Virus record (IMG/VR): IMGVR_UViG_3300020154_000003
Span: 248,001-312,000 of that record
DNA: 64,000 nucleotides
Strand: one strand, 5' to 3'
Both the position numbers and the translations under genes were made by a program. Below, in pieces: positions 9,480 through 18,511 of this stretch. The notes under the pieces are model-generated. The model saw nothing but the letters and a program-made list of their open reading frames with translations. It did no database searches and was not told the DNA's origin. The stretch's first letter is position 1; each line of letters opens with the position of its first letter.

Positions 9480-9488
9480 ATGATATTA

Positions 9489-9511
9489 TACGTAAATTGA
9501 CGTAAAATGTT
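9489..9511 (-). promoter_or_regulatory. ECF-type promoter motif AAC-N16-CGTA (divergent pair, left)
   Basis: aAAC-16 nt-CGTAtaat, 9 nt before DUF262 ATG. Confidence 0.7.
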
Positions 9512-9544
9512 TGAGATTAGCAAGTTAATAACTTGTTTGAACGT

Positions 9545-9567
9545 AACAAATTATTCTCATATACGTA
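9545..9567 (+). promoter_or_regulatory. ECF-type promoter motif AAC-N16-CGTA (divergent pair, right)
   Basis: gtAAC-16 nt-CGTAtaat, 12 nt before ATG at 9580. Confidence 0.7.
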
Positions 9568-9579
9568 TAATACTTTATC

Positions 9580-9945
9580 ATGTTCACAAAACAGCAAAAA
9601 GACGAACTGCTCTGTCGCATTGAGATCAGGAAGGATACAATTGAAGAGGATTTGGATAGTGCTGATGCATTTGAGGCTATACCTGATGCACTCGATAAAC
9701 TCAGAGAAAAGATTCTTTACGATTCTAAAGACTTCAGTGAGGCTGAAAAAAAGTGGATGATTGAGGAATTAGACAATCAATTGGGGGTCTCAGTACGTGA
9801 TGATCATCAAATCAGGGGAGCAATTACTAAAATTAAGAACTTACCCAACCCTGAACTTAAGGAACGAGAAGCATACCTGAATAACATTAATGAAGTATTG
9901 GGTTTGGATGAAAACGTACTTAAAGAAAAGCGTAAAAAAAGATAA
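9580..9945 (+). CDS. hypothetical protein
   Basis: 121-aa ORF opening a plus-strand island. Confidence 0.75.
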   Translation: MFTKQQKDELLCRIEIRKDTIEEDLDSADAFEAIPDALDKLREKILYDSKDFSEAEKKWMIEELDNQLGVSVRDDHQIRGAITKIKNLPNPELKEREAYLNNINEVLGLDENVLKEKRKKR

Positions 9946-9948
9946 AAT

Positions 9949-10569
9949 ATGGAAGACAAGAAATCAACTTTAGGCTCATTGTTGCTTGAAGAATTGAAAA
10001 AAACTCGTGAGGAATTGGGTAACATTTATTATCACTTATTCGCCATCAAAGGTGAAAAGGATTTGAGTGAAGTACTGGAAGTGTATTACGCTCTATCAAA
10101 GGAAAATCCAGAAAATTGGTTCGCCTCATTCCATAAGTCCATGAGACAAACAGATTTCTTTCAAGACTGCACGGTGTCAATATCTAACCCAACGATTACC
10201 GATGAAGAGCGGATAGAATTACAGACACTTAGTGCTGATTACCATAAGACTGATAAGCATCTCTCTCAATTTGAAAATGGATTGCTAGAAGCACTCCCTA
10301 CTCCTGATGACCCAACATACAAGGAGAGGTATAACAGCTATGTCGATACTTATCGACTTAAGTTTCGAGAATTCTTTCCTCAAGAAAAAATAAACAGGAG
10401 AAGGGAACTGATAAAAAAACTGCGAAACAAAGAAGAACATTCTATAAGTGGACATTTGGATTCAATTCTTTGGCTGACTATTGCCAATGATCAAAATGGT
10501 TTATTATATTTGACCATCGACCATGTTTTCAGCGAGTACGATTACAAGAAAAAACATAAACTAGTATAA
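9949..10569 (+). CDS. hypothetical protein
   Basis: 206-aa ORF. Confidence 0.8.
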   Translation: MEDKKSTLGSLLLEELKKTREELGNIYYHLFAIKGEKDLSEVLEVYYALSKENPENWFASFHKSMRQTDFFQDCTVSISNPTITDEERIELQTLSADYHKTDKHLSQFENGLLEALPTPDDPTYKERYNSYVDTYRLKFREFFPQEKINRRRELIKKLRNKEEHSISGHLDSILWLTIANDQNGLLYLTIDHVFSEYDYKKKHKLV

Positions 10570-10571
10570 CA

Positions 10572-11114
10572 ATGGAATTCGTGTATGATGATGGCGGTAG
10601 AGAAGCCGCAGGTTACAAAGGTGATGCTGGTGATTGTGTGTGTAGAGCAATCACAATTGTTACAGGACTTCCATATAAGGAAGTTTATGATCGACTTGCA
10701 GAGGGGAACGCTACACAACGAAAAGGCAAACGAGCAAAGTCAAAAGATGGTGTTCGCACTGCTGCCAAAGGAATCAATACCAATCGTAAATGGTTTAAAG
10801 ATTATATGCAGTCATTGGGATTCAAATGGGTTCCCACTATGCTGGTCGGTCAAGGATGTAAGGTGCATTTGTGCAAAGAAGAATTACCAAAGGGTAAGTT
10901 AATCGTTGCAGTGAGCAAACATTACACTGTCGTTATCGATGGTGTAATTCATGATACACATAACCCATCTGAACGTGGTGTTACTGTGTATCCTCCAACT
11001 TACCCAAAGGATCAATTACCAAAGGGAGCATATTGGATGGAGAATGGAAATGGTTGGGCGTATGCCCCTCAACGTTGTGTGTACGGATATTACTACAGAG
11101 ATGAAAATAATTAG
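10572..11114 (+). CDS. conserved-looking phage protein with possible papain-like Cys-His-Asp triad
   Basis: GDCVCRAITI ... SKHYTVVIDGVIHDT. Confidence 0.6.
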   Translation: MEFVYDDGGREAAGYKGDAGDCVCRAITIVTGLPYKEVYDRLAEGNATQRKGKRAKSKDGVRTAAKGINTNRKWFKDYMQSLGFKWVPTMLVGQGCKVHLCKEELPKGKLIVAVSKHYTVVIDGVIHDTHNPSERGVTVYPPTYPKDQLPKGAYWMENGNGWAYAPQRCVYGYYYRDENN

Positions 11115-11547
11115 AAAGCCAAAGAAGGTTGCCGTTAAGAAACCAAAATACCAATCATTGGAGAGGGTATTACGTGATACGTATACCAACTGGACAGCAA
11201 CACACTCTGTTGAAGCGTATGATATTGACTTCAATAAGGTACAGACTTCTGATTTGATAACGCTATACAGAAATTTGACTCTATTCACTTACTGGATAGG
11301 TGATCTTAAAGTTAGTTCACCTGACTTAGAGCGAGAAGCATATTTACACGTTCTTGCTTCAGTTATTGATGTTAAATTTAATGAAATGGATGCTAAGTCA
11401 ATAAAAAACAAAACTTTTTTAGAGAATAGACCAGTACTTATAAGTAAGCTGAAGGCTATACTTGCAACCAGAGAACACATACCGAACAAAAAACAAGCGA
11501 AGGAAATAAGAAGAAAAAAAGCACAAGGAAAATTTATTGTAGACTAA
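11101..11547 (+). CDS. hypothetical protein (start moved to ATG 11101)
   Basis: The longer track ORF overlaps the upstream gene by 164 nt; ATG at 11101 gives 148 aa. Confidence 0.7.
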   Translation: MKIIRKPKKVAVKKPKYQSLERVLRDTYTNWTATHSVEAYDIDFNKVQTSDLITLYRNLTLFTYWIGDLKVSSPDLEREAYLHVLASVIDVKFNEMDAKSIKNKTFLENRPVLISKLKAILATREHIPNKKQAKEIRRKKAQGKFIVD

Positions 11548-11554
11548 ACCAGAG

Positions 11555-11767
11555 ATGCCAGCAATCGTAGAAAGAGCAAAGTGGGACGTGCTCGTTAAAA
11601 TGTTCCAGTACCTGTATTACGCCAAGCTAAGAAAAGAACAAGTTAAAAAGGTTGATTACCTTTTCAAGTTCGGAAAACATAAAGAAGTTGCAGAAAAAGT
11701 GTGGGAGTGCTTTTTCGTTCAAAACCTTGAATGGCCACACGAAATGTATAATGAAGTTTTCAAATAA
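11555..11767 (+). CDS. hypothetical protein
   Basis: 70-aa ORF. Confidence 0.65.
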   Translation: MPAIVERAKWDVLVKMFQYLYYAKLRKEQVKKVDYLFKFGKHKEVAEKVWECFFVQNLEWPHEMYNEVFK

Positions 11768-11775
11768 AAAATCCC

Positions 11776-12165
11776 TTAGGACTTTTTCGTTATGTATTGA
11801 ACCATTGCCAGCCAGATCGCTTCCTTCTTTGTATCTGCTGTGACCTCCACAAACATCTCAGTACCTAGAAATTCAACAACAAATACATTTCTACCATCGA
11901 TGTGGAATGTTACACCATCCTTCGCCTCAAGCATTTCAAGGGCATCCATCAATTCCCTATAATCCTCATGATAGACCAATTTTGCACCATGCTTGTAAAC
12001 CCTAGATTTTCCTAGCTTGATAAATTCAGCAAAAGTATCCACTGATTTCAATCGCCAGTACCCGTAATTTATTCCATTCGGACGTTCATGTTCTGGATTA
12101 ACGCTTGAAATGTATTCATAACCAAGATAATTCGCGATCATCTTGTTGCCTTCTGTATGGTTCAT
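11776..12165 (-). CDS. hypothetical protein (possibly phage ABA-sandwich-like)
   Basis: GNKMIANYLG...YHEDYRELMDALE...KEAIWLAMVQY pattern. Confidence 0.6.
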   Translation of the reverse strand: MNHTEGNKMIANYLGYEYISSVNPEHERPNGINYGYWRLKSVDTFAEFIKLGKSRVYKHGAKLVYHEDYRELMDALEMLEAKDGVTFHIDGRNVFVVEFLGTEMFVEVTADTKKEAIWLAMVQYITKKS

Positions 12166-12305
12166 TATTTTCTTTTTAAAACGATAATTATTCCGATAGA
12201 TAATCCGATGAGTGCTCCTATAAACGTCCCTAGAACGCCAAAGAAAGAGCCAAAAACAGCCCCACCAGCACTACATGAGATCGGGGTGCTAAAAATTATA
12301 TTCAT
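12165..12305 (-). CDS. 46-aa glycine-zipper membrane peptide (not in ORF track)
   Basis: MNIIFSTPISCSAGGAVFGSFFGVLGTFIGALIGLSIGIIIVLKRK; TAATG coupling to the next gene. Confidence 0.65.
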   Translation of the reverse strand: MNIIFSTPISCSAGGAVFGSFFGVLGTFIGALIGLSIGIIIVLKRK

Positions 12306-12702
12306 AATCTAAAAAATCTGCGCAATACATTGATATGATGGCGTTATAGTAAACCTGACCTGCTACACTTAACCCACCATTATCGAGCCAATAAGCATCA
12401 CTATCATACAAAACCTGAACCTCAGACAAAAAGTTTTTCCCAAGTTCATAAATTTCAGATGGAAGGTATGTGGAGATGTCCTCCATTTCTAACTTGTCAT
12501 TAACTAAACGCCTTAAATTTTTGACACTACCAGTTAATTCTTCAGGTTTGTGTTCATCACTGATATAACGACCAATCGCACATTTAAGTCCGTGTTCGTT
12601 TTTATATTTTCTATCAGAATTTCGTCTATGTGGGTGTGTTCCATAAAAATAGACCATATCGTTTAAAAAACGTGTTCTTGCTTCCTGCAATGTTTCCATC
12701 AT
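12289..12702 (-). CDS. hypothetical protein
   Basis: 137-aa ORF with KCAIG motif. Confidence 0.75.
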   Translation of the reverse strand: MMETLQEARTRFLNDMVYFYGTHPHRRNSDRKYKNEHGLKCAIGRYISDEHKPEELTGSVKNLRRLVNDKLEMEDISTYLPSEIYELGKNFLSEVQVLYDSDAYWLDNGGLSVAGQVYYNAIISMYCADFLDYEYNF

Positions 12703-13307
12703 ATTTCCTTTGGAGCCACAACTCTGAACCGAGTTAGCAAATTATTGTAGCGATTTTTATAGGTGAGAAACAACTCACTCCAATCATATTTATTCATTAT
12801 TTCCTCGAACAATAGATTACAACATCCATAGTCGTATATCTTGCCCTTCTCTGCCAATTGAATACCATATTCGATGATCCGCATGGCATGGAATAAACTC
12901 TTTCTTCCAAGGCTTAAATCATAGTCCTTTTCGACAGTCAATTTCTTTTTGGCCTTAACCCAACTGTTGGATGATTTTGCTCGAAGGGAATATCTTAATT
13001 TAGTATTGTCTATATTAAAAGAGAATTTTCTTTTCTCTAACAAGATGAATTGAGAATCCAGAAACTGACATTCAATAGCAGATATTTCATGCTCATCAAG
13101 CCGTTGCTGATGTTCCTCCGGGGTGTAAAAATTGATGTTAATTAGATTGTCGGAAAACTGCTTATTGACCTTATTTGTGGTCACTACAATGAAATCGTAA
13201 TCCGACTGCTTTGTGATATTCCCATACACCCTTGACCCGTATACGTAGACTGCAACCACCTCTTTTTCAGATAATTTGGCTTTGGTCAGGATGGTGTGTA
13301 AATTCAT
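12699..13307 (-). CDS. Pol-beta-superfamily nucleotidyltransferase
   Basis: YVYGSRVYGN...SDYDF (GS + DxD); ATG at 13307 preferred over GTG 13313. Confidence 0.8.
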   Translation of the reverse strand: MNLHTILTKAKLSEKEVVAVYVYGSRVYGNITKQSDYDFIVVTTNKVNKQFSDNLININFYTPEEHQQRLDEHEISAIECQFLDSQFILLEKRKFSFNIDNTKLRYSLRAKSSNSWVKAKKKLTVEKDYDLSLGRKSLFHAMRIIEYGIQLAEKGKIYDYGCCNLLFEEIMNKYDWSELFLTYKNRYNNLLTRFRVVAPKEI

Positions 13308-13316
13308 ACCCACTTT

Positions 13317-13339
13317 TACGTAAAACTTGGGAAATTGTT
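13317..13339 (-). promoter_or_regulatory. ECF-type promoter motif AAC-N16-CGTA
   Basis: aAAC-16 nt-CGTAaaag in the gap before the nucleotidyltransferase. Confidence 0.6.
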
Positions 13340-13666
13340 TTATTTTTGAAGGTCTTTCCAGTACTTAAACATTTTCTCGATTTTATTGATAATTGTCTCA
13401 TCATCGATCCAAAGAGTAAGCATCATAACCACTTTATCAATATCTTCTAAGCTATAAATAAGTTCCTTATCTGGATGACGAAGTGGTTTATTATCATTAC
13501 CATCTTGAACAAAAATCCCATCATTAAATCTCCAATTAGTGTCACCGACAGTCAATGTTAAACCATTTAATCCATTGATCTCCGTTAATTCACCACCTAG
13601 GTTTATAAGGTCTTCATCCTCATCTTCAAAGTATTCGTCTTCAAATTCAAAATCGTCCTCTTCCAT
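13340..13666 (-). CDS. acidic hypothetical protein
   Basis: N-terminus EEDDFEFEDEYFEDEDED; C-terminus paralogous to that of 13692-14141 (LxLxIDDE). Confidence 0.75.
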   Translation of the reverse strand: MEEDDFEFEDEYFEDEDEDLINLGGELTEINGLNGLTLTVGDTNWRFNDGIFVQDGNDNKPLRHPDKELIYSLEDIDKVVMMLTLWIDDETIINKIEKMFKYWKDLQK

Positions 13667-13691
13667 TTATCCATACCAAAACAAATAAAAA

Positions 13692-14141
13692 TTATTTAGC
13701 AATCTCCCCTTCTCGCCATTTTGAAAATGTTTCATCCATTTCCAATCTGGTTTTTTCATCATCAATTCCTAGCGTAAGAAGTCCAACAAGACTTTGAATG
13801 TCTTTTAGTGAGTATCTTGTTTGGTTCATTTTTTCATCGTATGTCGGTTCTTTAATCTTAGGTTTACTGCCTTCCCTAATGAAACGTTCAAACGCTTCAA
13901 GCTGAAGTTGATACTCTCTTTCATCTTGCTGTTTTTTCTGTTTTACTTCCTCGTGTCCACTTTTAAGATAATGGGCAGGGATGCCAGCAACTTTGGATAT
14001 TTGTTCCAGAAAATATGCGGTAATTTTAGTATGTTCATCCATGTATTCGGAAATCTTAAAATCTCCAGTTGCAGGATCAACACCAACAAGATATTGTGGC
14101 ACCTTTGCCTTCATCCAATGCTTATAATACTCTTCTCCCAT
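13692..14141 (-). CDS. hypothetical protein
   Basis: 149-aa ORF. Confidence 0.75.
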   Translation of the reverse strand: MGEEYYKHWMKAKVPQYLVGVDPATGDFKISEYMDEHTKITAYFLEQISKVAGIPAHYLKSGHEEVKQKKQQDEREYQLQLEAFERFIREGSKPKIKEPTYDEKMNQTRYSLKDIQSLVGLLTLGIDDEKTRLEMDETFSKWREGEIAK

Positions 14142-14612
14142 TTAATCTGGTTGTGATAATGGTGATGTACCGAAAGTACTGGCTTGGGCTTTTCTTATTT
14201 CGTCAAGTTTGTCTGGTGAATACCACTCATTCCCTTTAGGATTTACCTCAGGATTTTTGCTGCATGGTTCACATATTGATCTTATCCAACCATTAGTACG
14301 TCCAACATTTTGATTAGTACCGCAGTTTTCGCATATACTATAAGAGAAGTCTTCCACAAACCCAATTATACCACTTATGTATTCGTCACCACCTTCAAAA
14401 TAAATTCTAAGACCTCCGAATTTTTCTTTGATTGTTGAAATGGTGAATTCTAACGGAGGATTATTGCCGTACCGAGATTTCCATTCCAAGTAGCGTTGAA
14501 TTTTAAGTAACGCTCTGTCGAGCAATCCAACCCATCCATTACCACAGCTAATACCGTAGTGTAATTGAAGCATGGATTTGTATTTCTCTTGTAGTTCCTC
14601 AGTTGTTTTCAT
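14142..14612 (-). CDS. conserved-type phage protein with Zn ribbon
   Basis: GWVGLL...IKEKFGGLRIY...ICENCG...SICEPC. Confidence 0.75.
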   Translation of the reverse strand: MKTTEELQEKYKSMLQLHYGISCGNGWVGLLDRALLKIQRYLEWKSRYGNNPPLEFTISTIKEKFGGLRIYFEGGDEYISGIIGFVEDFSYSICENCGTNQNVGRTNGWIRSICEPCSKNPEVNPKGNEWYSPDKLDEIRKAQASTFGTSPLSQPD

Positions 14613-14623
14613 TGATGTAAAAT

Positions 14624-14854
14624 TTAATAATCAAATACTTTTACGACATTCCATCCCTTTGGAACATAGACTTTCATTTTACCAACACCGCTCATATCTG
14701 GATACCTGTACTTACAACGAACAAGATATTCATAACCTCTATCTTCGATTACCTTACCAAAGAAGCGATAGTTTCCGTATTTCTTCACATCTTCCTCAGA
14801 TTGAGTACCCATTTTGGAAACTGCCTGTGTCGGATGATAAAACATTATATACAT
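14624..14854 (-). CDS. hypothetical protein
   Basis: 76-aa ORF. Confidence 0.65.
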   Translation of the reverse strand: MYIMFYHPTQAVSKMGTQSEEDVKKYGNYRFFGKVIEDRGYEYLVRCKYRYPDMSGVGKMKVYVPKGWNVVKVFDY

Positions 14855-14857
14855 TTT

Positions 14858-15871
14858 TTATTTTTTCCTCTTTTTACTTGGTTTCGATTTATGTTCTGAA
14901 ATCATAATTGGTTCTTTAATTATGATTTTCTCACGACCCCTATCAATAAAGGTCTTCACATTTTCGTTGTTGATTTCATGTGCCTTCTCATTCAATGTTT
15001 CCAGTACCACATCAAGGGTAAGGTTACAATAATCGTCAATCCAATCTCCAACGTAGTAAAGTCTTCGTGAATTTTCCATCACCCCGAATAAGATAGGGTC
15101 TTTGTCCCTTTTCTCTTTTTCCTCTTTAGTGAGGTTGGTTGCATCGTTATTAGGATCGTAATGTAAAATTACGTAGTTGTCGAACACGAACGTTAAATCC
15201 AATTTCTCCTTCACATCCAGAATCTTGGTAGGGATAGGCTTGATGAAGTTTTTCATCCAAGTTAGCTTTAATTTATTATCCCTGTCAGTTTTTCTGTAAA
15301 AATCAACTACTTGCTGCTCAGTCAAATAAAGATTCAAACCGTATGCCACCAACTGAGCCTCAGACTTAGCAGCAGTAAGTCTACCCTTCAATTGTTCCAC
15401 CAGAGAAACCTGACCTGCTTTCTGAGCATTGTTGATCGCTGTTTCATAGTGAATTGCAATGTCTGTCAAGGTTTTCAATTCGTTCAAATTAGTAGCTAGG
15501 CTCGTAAAGAATTCAATGATTGTCATTGCCTTCTTTCTTTCAAGTTGAACGGCCTCTTTTTGCTTCTGTTTTTCTTCCCTCTTAGTTCGCCACTTTTTAA
15601 ATAATCTTGAAATCAGGCTCTCTTTCTTCGGGGTAGAATCCGTATTTCCAATAATATAGGTATTCAACCCGGATGTACCAGTAGCTGTGTTCCATGAAAT
15701 AACATTACCCATCGACCAGTCCTCGCTTGGCACTGCTAGTCCATCGCTAATCGCAATACCACTAACTTGGGAACTTTTAAGTTCCACAGATTCACCAACT
15801 TTGTACTTGGGAAGATTCTTGTCAATTTCGAATCTTTCGAAGACTTCTAATTTATCATTATGTGTTACCAT
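14858..15871 (-). CDS. hypothetical protein
   Basis: 337-aa ORF with C-terminal DPILFG...LYYVGDWIDDYCNLTL block. Confidence 0.8.
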   Translation of the reverse strand: MVTHNDKLEVFERFEIDKNLPKYKVGESVELKSSQVSGIAISDGLAVPSEDWSMGNVISWNTATGTSGLNTYIIGNTDSTPKKESLISRLFKKWRTKREEKQKQKEAVQLERKKAMTIIEFFTSLATNLNELKTLTDIAIHYETAINNAQKAGQVSLVEQLKGRLTAAKSEAQLVAYGLNLYLTEQQVVDFYRKTDRDNKLKLTWMKNFIKPIPTKILDVKEKLDLTFVFDNYVILHYDPNNDATNLTKEEKEKRDKDPILFGVMENSRRLYYVGDWIDDYCNLTLDVVLETLNEKAHEINNENVKTFIDRGREKIIIKEPIMISEHKSKPSKKRKK

Positions 15872-15883
15872 GAGTAATATTTT

Positions 15884-16270
15884 TTATTTTGTTACTGCTT
15901 TACTGCCATCGAAATATCCTTCCGTGGTATCGATGAAAATAGGCGTTTTGAACATTTCAATCTTATCTGGATTTTCATCAAAAGCATTATTGCTCTTTAC
16001 TGGTGAAACTCCTTCCGCAGTTGACAATGTTATGTGTGGGAATTTGTTCTTTGATTTAGGATTTTCCACTAATAAAGCGTCTACCTGATCGGTTGTTATT
16101 CTACCAATGATTGGTAAGTTTACCTTGTTACCTAATTCAATATTATCACCATTCTTAGGTCTGAACTCTATCGTTGAGTGGTGATAAAACGTGTTAGGGT
16201 GTACGGGAGGAAACATACCCTTTAACTTAGAGACGTTGTCTACAAATAATGCGTGATAATTGATGTTCAT
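15884..16270 (-). CDS. 2H phosphoesterase (cyclic phosphodiesterase-like)
   Basis: Two Hx(S/T) motifs, HHSTIEF and FPHITLS, about 60 aa apart in a 128-aa protein. Confidence 0.7.
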   Translation of the reverse strand: MNINYHALFVDNVSKLKGMFPPVHPNTFYHHSTIEFRPKNGDNIELGNKVNLPIIGRITTDQVDALLVENPKSKNKFPHITLSTAEGVSPVKSNNAFDENPDKIEMFKTPIFIDTTEGYFDGSKAVTK

Positions 16271-16279
16271 ATAATTAAT

Positions 16280-16771
16280 CTAACCGTATAATCTTTCTTC
16301 CCAAATTACTCTCATATGCTTGCTGAATTCCTCAAAAGTTTCATAGAACGGAACGTTGTAATAATTACAAGTAAATTCAACATTACCTCTCCTATAAAAT
16401 CCCTCAGGACAGCAAACAAATAATTTATTTTCTTTGGCAGTTAGCCCAAGTTCAGCGAGTGTTATTGGTGATTTTGTATTAGGGTCAAAATACATGACCA
16501 CATAATCTGCCAATTCAAGACCTGATAATTCCCATCCAACTTGGTAGGCAAACTCAGGATTATTTACTGATTGCTCCCATGACGAGTCCCAATCCAGTCT
16601 TCTAGGATTTAGAAAATTTATCTCTAAATCTTCGTACTGAGTGACAAACTTATCTTGCCAATTTTCAGCTTTTCCCATCTCAATAGAACCAGCAAGAAAT
16701 ACGGTTATACCTCCATTTCTATTCATTCTGGAGGTAAAATCGTTCTTATTTGTTGGTCTAATAACTACCAT
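16280..16771 (-). CDS. nucleoside 2-deoxyribosyltransferase-like protein
   Basis: VFLAGSIEMG...NWQ...LNPRR...QVGWEL...SPITLAELG...VCCPEGFYRRGNV. Confidence 0.8.
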   Translation of the reverse strand: MVVIRPTNKNDFTSRMNRNGGITVFLAGSIEMGKAENWQDKFVTQYEDLEINFLNPRRLDWDSSWEQSVNNPEFAYQVGWELSGLELADYVVMYFDPNTKSPITLAELGLTAKENKLFVCCPEGFYRRGNVEFTCNYYNVPFYETFEEFSKHMRVIWEERLYG

Positions 16772-17205
16772 TATTGTTTCTCTACATACTTGTCATGTTC
16801 CATATAATCGATTGTCACAGGCATGAAACCTGAGTCCAATGCCATCGCAACTAACCATTTGATGTTTGGCAATACTTCACCTCTATATAAGCTATCAACC
16901 CATAAAGTAACAACTTCTTCTTCAGTAGTTGTTTGAAGTGCTTCAAGATCACCAAACGCCACGTAACAGAACACATCAAAATTGCTATTTTTCATTAGCG
17001 CAAAATATCGCCATTCATTATGAATATGACCAGTTTCTTCTCTGAATTCCCTGATCATGGCTTCGTGTGGTGCTTCACCTTCTTCAATCTTACCTCCGAT
17101 ACCATTCAATTTACCTGCCTGCCAATCAGGCTTTGTTTTCTTAATTAAGGCTACCCTTTTCTTATCTTCTGAAAAATAGAACCCTAAAACATATTGTTTT
17201 GCCAT
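16771..17205 (-). CDS. Nudix hydrolase
   Basis: Nudix box GGKIEEGEAPHEAMIREFREETG. Confidence 0.9.
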   Translation of the reverse strand: MAKQYVLGFYFSEDKKRVALIKKTKPDWQAGKLNGIGGKIEEGEAPHEAMIREFREETGHIHNEWRYFALMKNSNFDVFCYVAFGDLEALQTTTEEEVVTLWVDSLYRGEVLPNIKWLVAMALDSGFMPVTIDYMEHDKYVEKQ

Positions 17206-17206
17206 A

Positions 17207-17392
17207 TTAAATATAATCGTTTAAGTCGTCAAACATTGGATTTTCATCTTCCTCCACGGGTGCTTGACAATTGTAACAAATATAAGAATTTTCTTGATTC
17301 CCAACATAGATATTGTCGGAAATTTCATAGTTTGTTAACTTTCTCTCACATTCTGAACATTTATGTTCTTTCGTTTCGTCATTCATATCCAT
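17207..17392 (-). CDS. small Zn-finger-like protein
   Basis: CSEC...CYNC. Confidence 0.6.
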   Translation of the reverse strand: MDMNDETKEHKCSECERKLTNYEISDNIYVGNQENSYICYNCQAPVEEDENPMFDDLNDYI

Positions 17393-17654
17393 GTTCGATC
17401 CTCCATTGTTTTATAATCGATAGTATTGTTGATTTTGGAACCAGATCACATTTATTTGTTATTTCCTCAATTCGATTAGCAGGAATGTCGTAATGTGGCC
17501 TCGGTTTGCTGTTTTTTATTTTTTTATTTTTGTAATGGAAAAAATGTCTTCCGATACTTAAATCATCAGCCATTTTGTGAAGATTTTGCAAGCTGTATGG
17601 TAAACAAATGAGATGTCTACCACCATCACACAAATATTTTAGTCTTTCTTCCAA
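17379..17654 (-). CDS. DUF4031-like protein
   Basis: LHKMADDLSIGRHFFH...RPHYDIP. Confidence 0.6.
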   Translation of the reverse strand: MEERLKYLCDGGRHLICLPYSLQNLHKMADDLSIGRHFFHYKNKKIKNSKPRPHYDIPANRIEEITNKCDLVPKSTILSIIKQWRIEHGYE

Positions 17655-17992
17655 AGCAGTAATGGTTTCCCTGAATTTATTTTTGTCTTATGTTCCAATA
17701 CCTTTGGTACTGGCATATCTGAAGGAAATTTATATTGGAATTTATACCCTATGTAGTTGAATAATTCACGTTCATACTCATCCATCTCCAACTCAAATTT
17801 GAGATCAGGATATTGTTTGAAAATATCATTCACCTCCTTTTGAATCAATAACATAACCAAGAACACCGAATGATCGAAGGCATGTTCAACCATCATATCA
17901 TAAGCATTCCATTTAAGAATTAAAGCTTTAAGCTTTTTCTCAGGAGTATTACCTAGTGCTTTGGTTCGGAGGATTGTTGGATATTTTTTCAT
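17639..17992 (-). CDS. hypothetical protein
   Basis: 117-aa ORF overlapping neighbours. Confidence 0.65.
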   Translation of the reverse strand: MKKYPTILRTKALGNTPEKKLKALILKWNAYDMMVEHAFDHSVFLVMLLIQKEVNDIFKQYPDLKFELEMDEYERELFNYIGYKFQYKFPSDMPVPKVLEHKTKINSGKPLLLWKKD

Positions 17993-18167
17993 CTTTTCTA
18001 ACAGGGATATTTTTCTTAACGATGGCTATCCATTCCGCTTTAATTTCATCTTGGATTTCTTCATCAATATCGTCCCAAGCATTTTGCAGCCCACCTCTAT
18101 CCGTAAGGTCGTTCAATATCTCAGTGACAATTTTTTTGGAAAGAATATTAATTTGATTTAACGTCAT
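17949..18167 (-). CDS. hypothetical protein (start moved to ATG 18167)
   Basis: MTLNQINILSKKIV...DRGGLQNAWDDIDEEIQDEI. Confidence 0.65.
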   Translation of the reverse strand: MTLNQINILSKKIVTEILNDLTDRGGLQNAWDDIDEEIQDEIKAEWIAIVKKNIPVRKDEKISNNPPNQSTR

Positions 18168-18169
18168 AT

Positions 18170-18511
18170 TTACTTTGTAATTGTAAAAGGTAATTTCCAT
18201 TTTTCTGACAATCCTTTTAGGTATGCTTCTTGGGTCAATCTTTCCCATTCATGATCGTCACTGAATTTAAAGATTGGAATTTGTAGAGAATCATCAAAAC
18301 TGAAAGTTGCATATGACCTACCTCTAAGGGTTACATGGTCTTCATGGATGATAATACTCTCAGCATTCTGAAGATTGCTATAAACATAAATCCAGTGCAT
18401 TATCGATCCTACTGACTTGTATGGACAATCACTCCACCAACCGGAATAATGTTTAATTGCCGTATTTTGAAAGCGTATTTCTTCTTGGCTTAATTCATCA
18501 TTTTCCTTCAT
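18170..18511 (-). CDS. hypothetical protein
   Basis: 113-aa ORF. Confidence 0.7.
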   Translation of the reverse strand: MKENDELSQEEIRFQNTAIKHYSGWWSDCPYKSVGSIMHWIYVYSNLQNAESIIIHEDHVTLRGRSYATFSFDDSLQIPIFKFSDDHEWERLTQEAYLKGLSEKWKLPFTITK

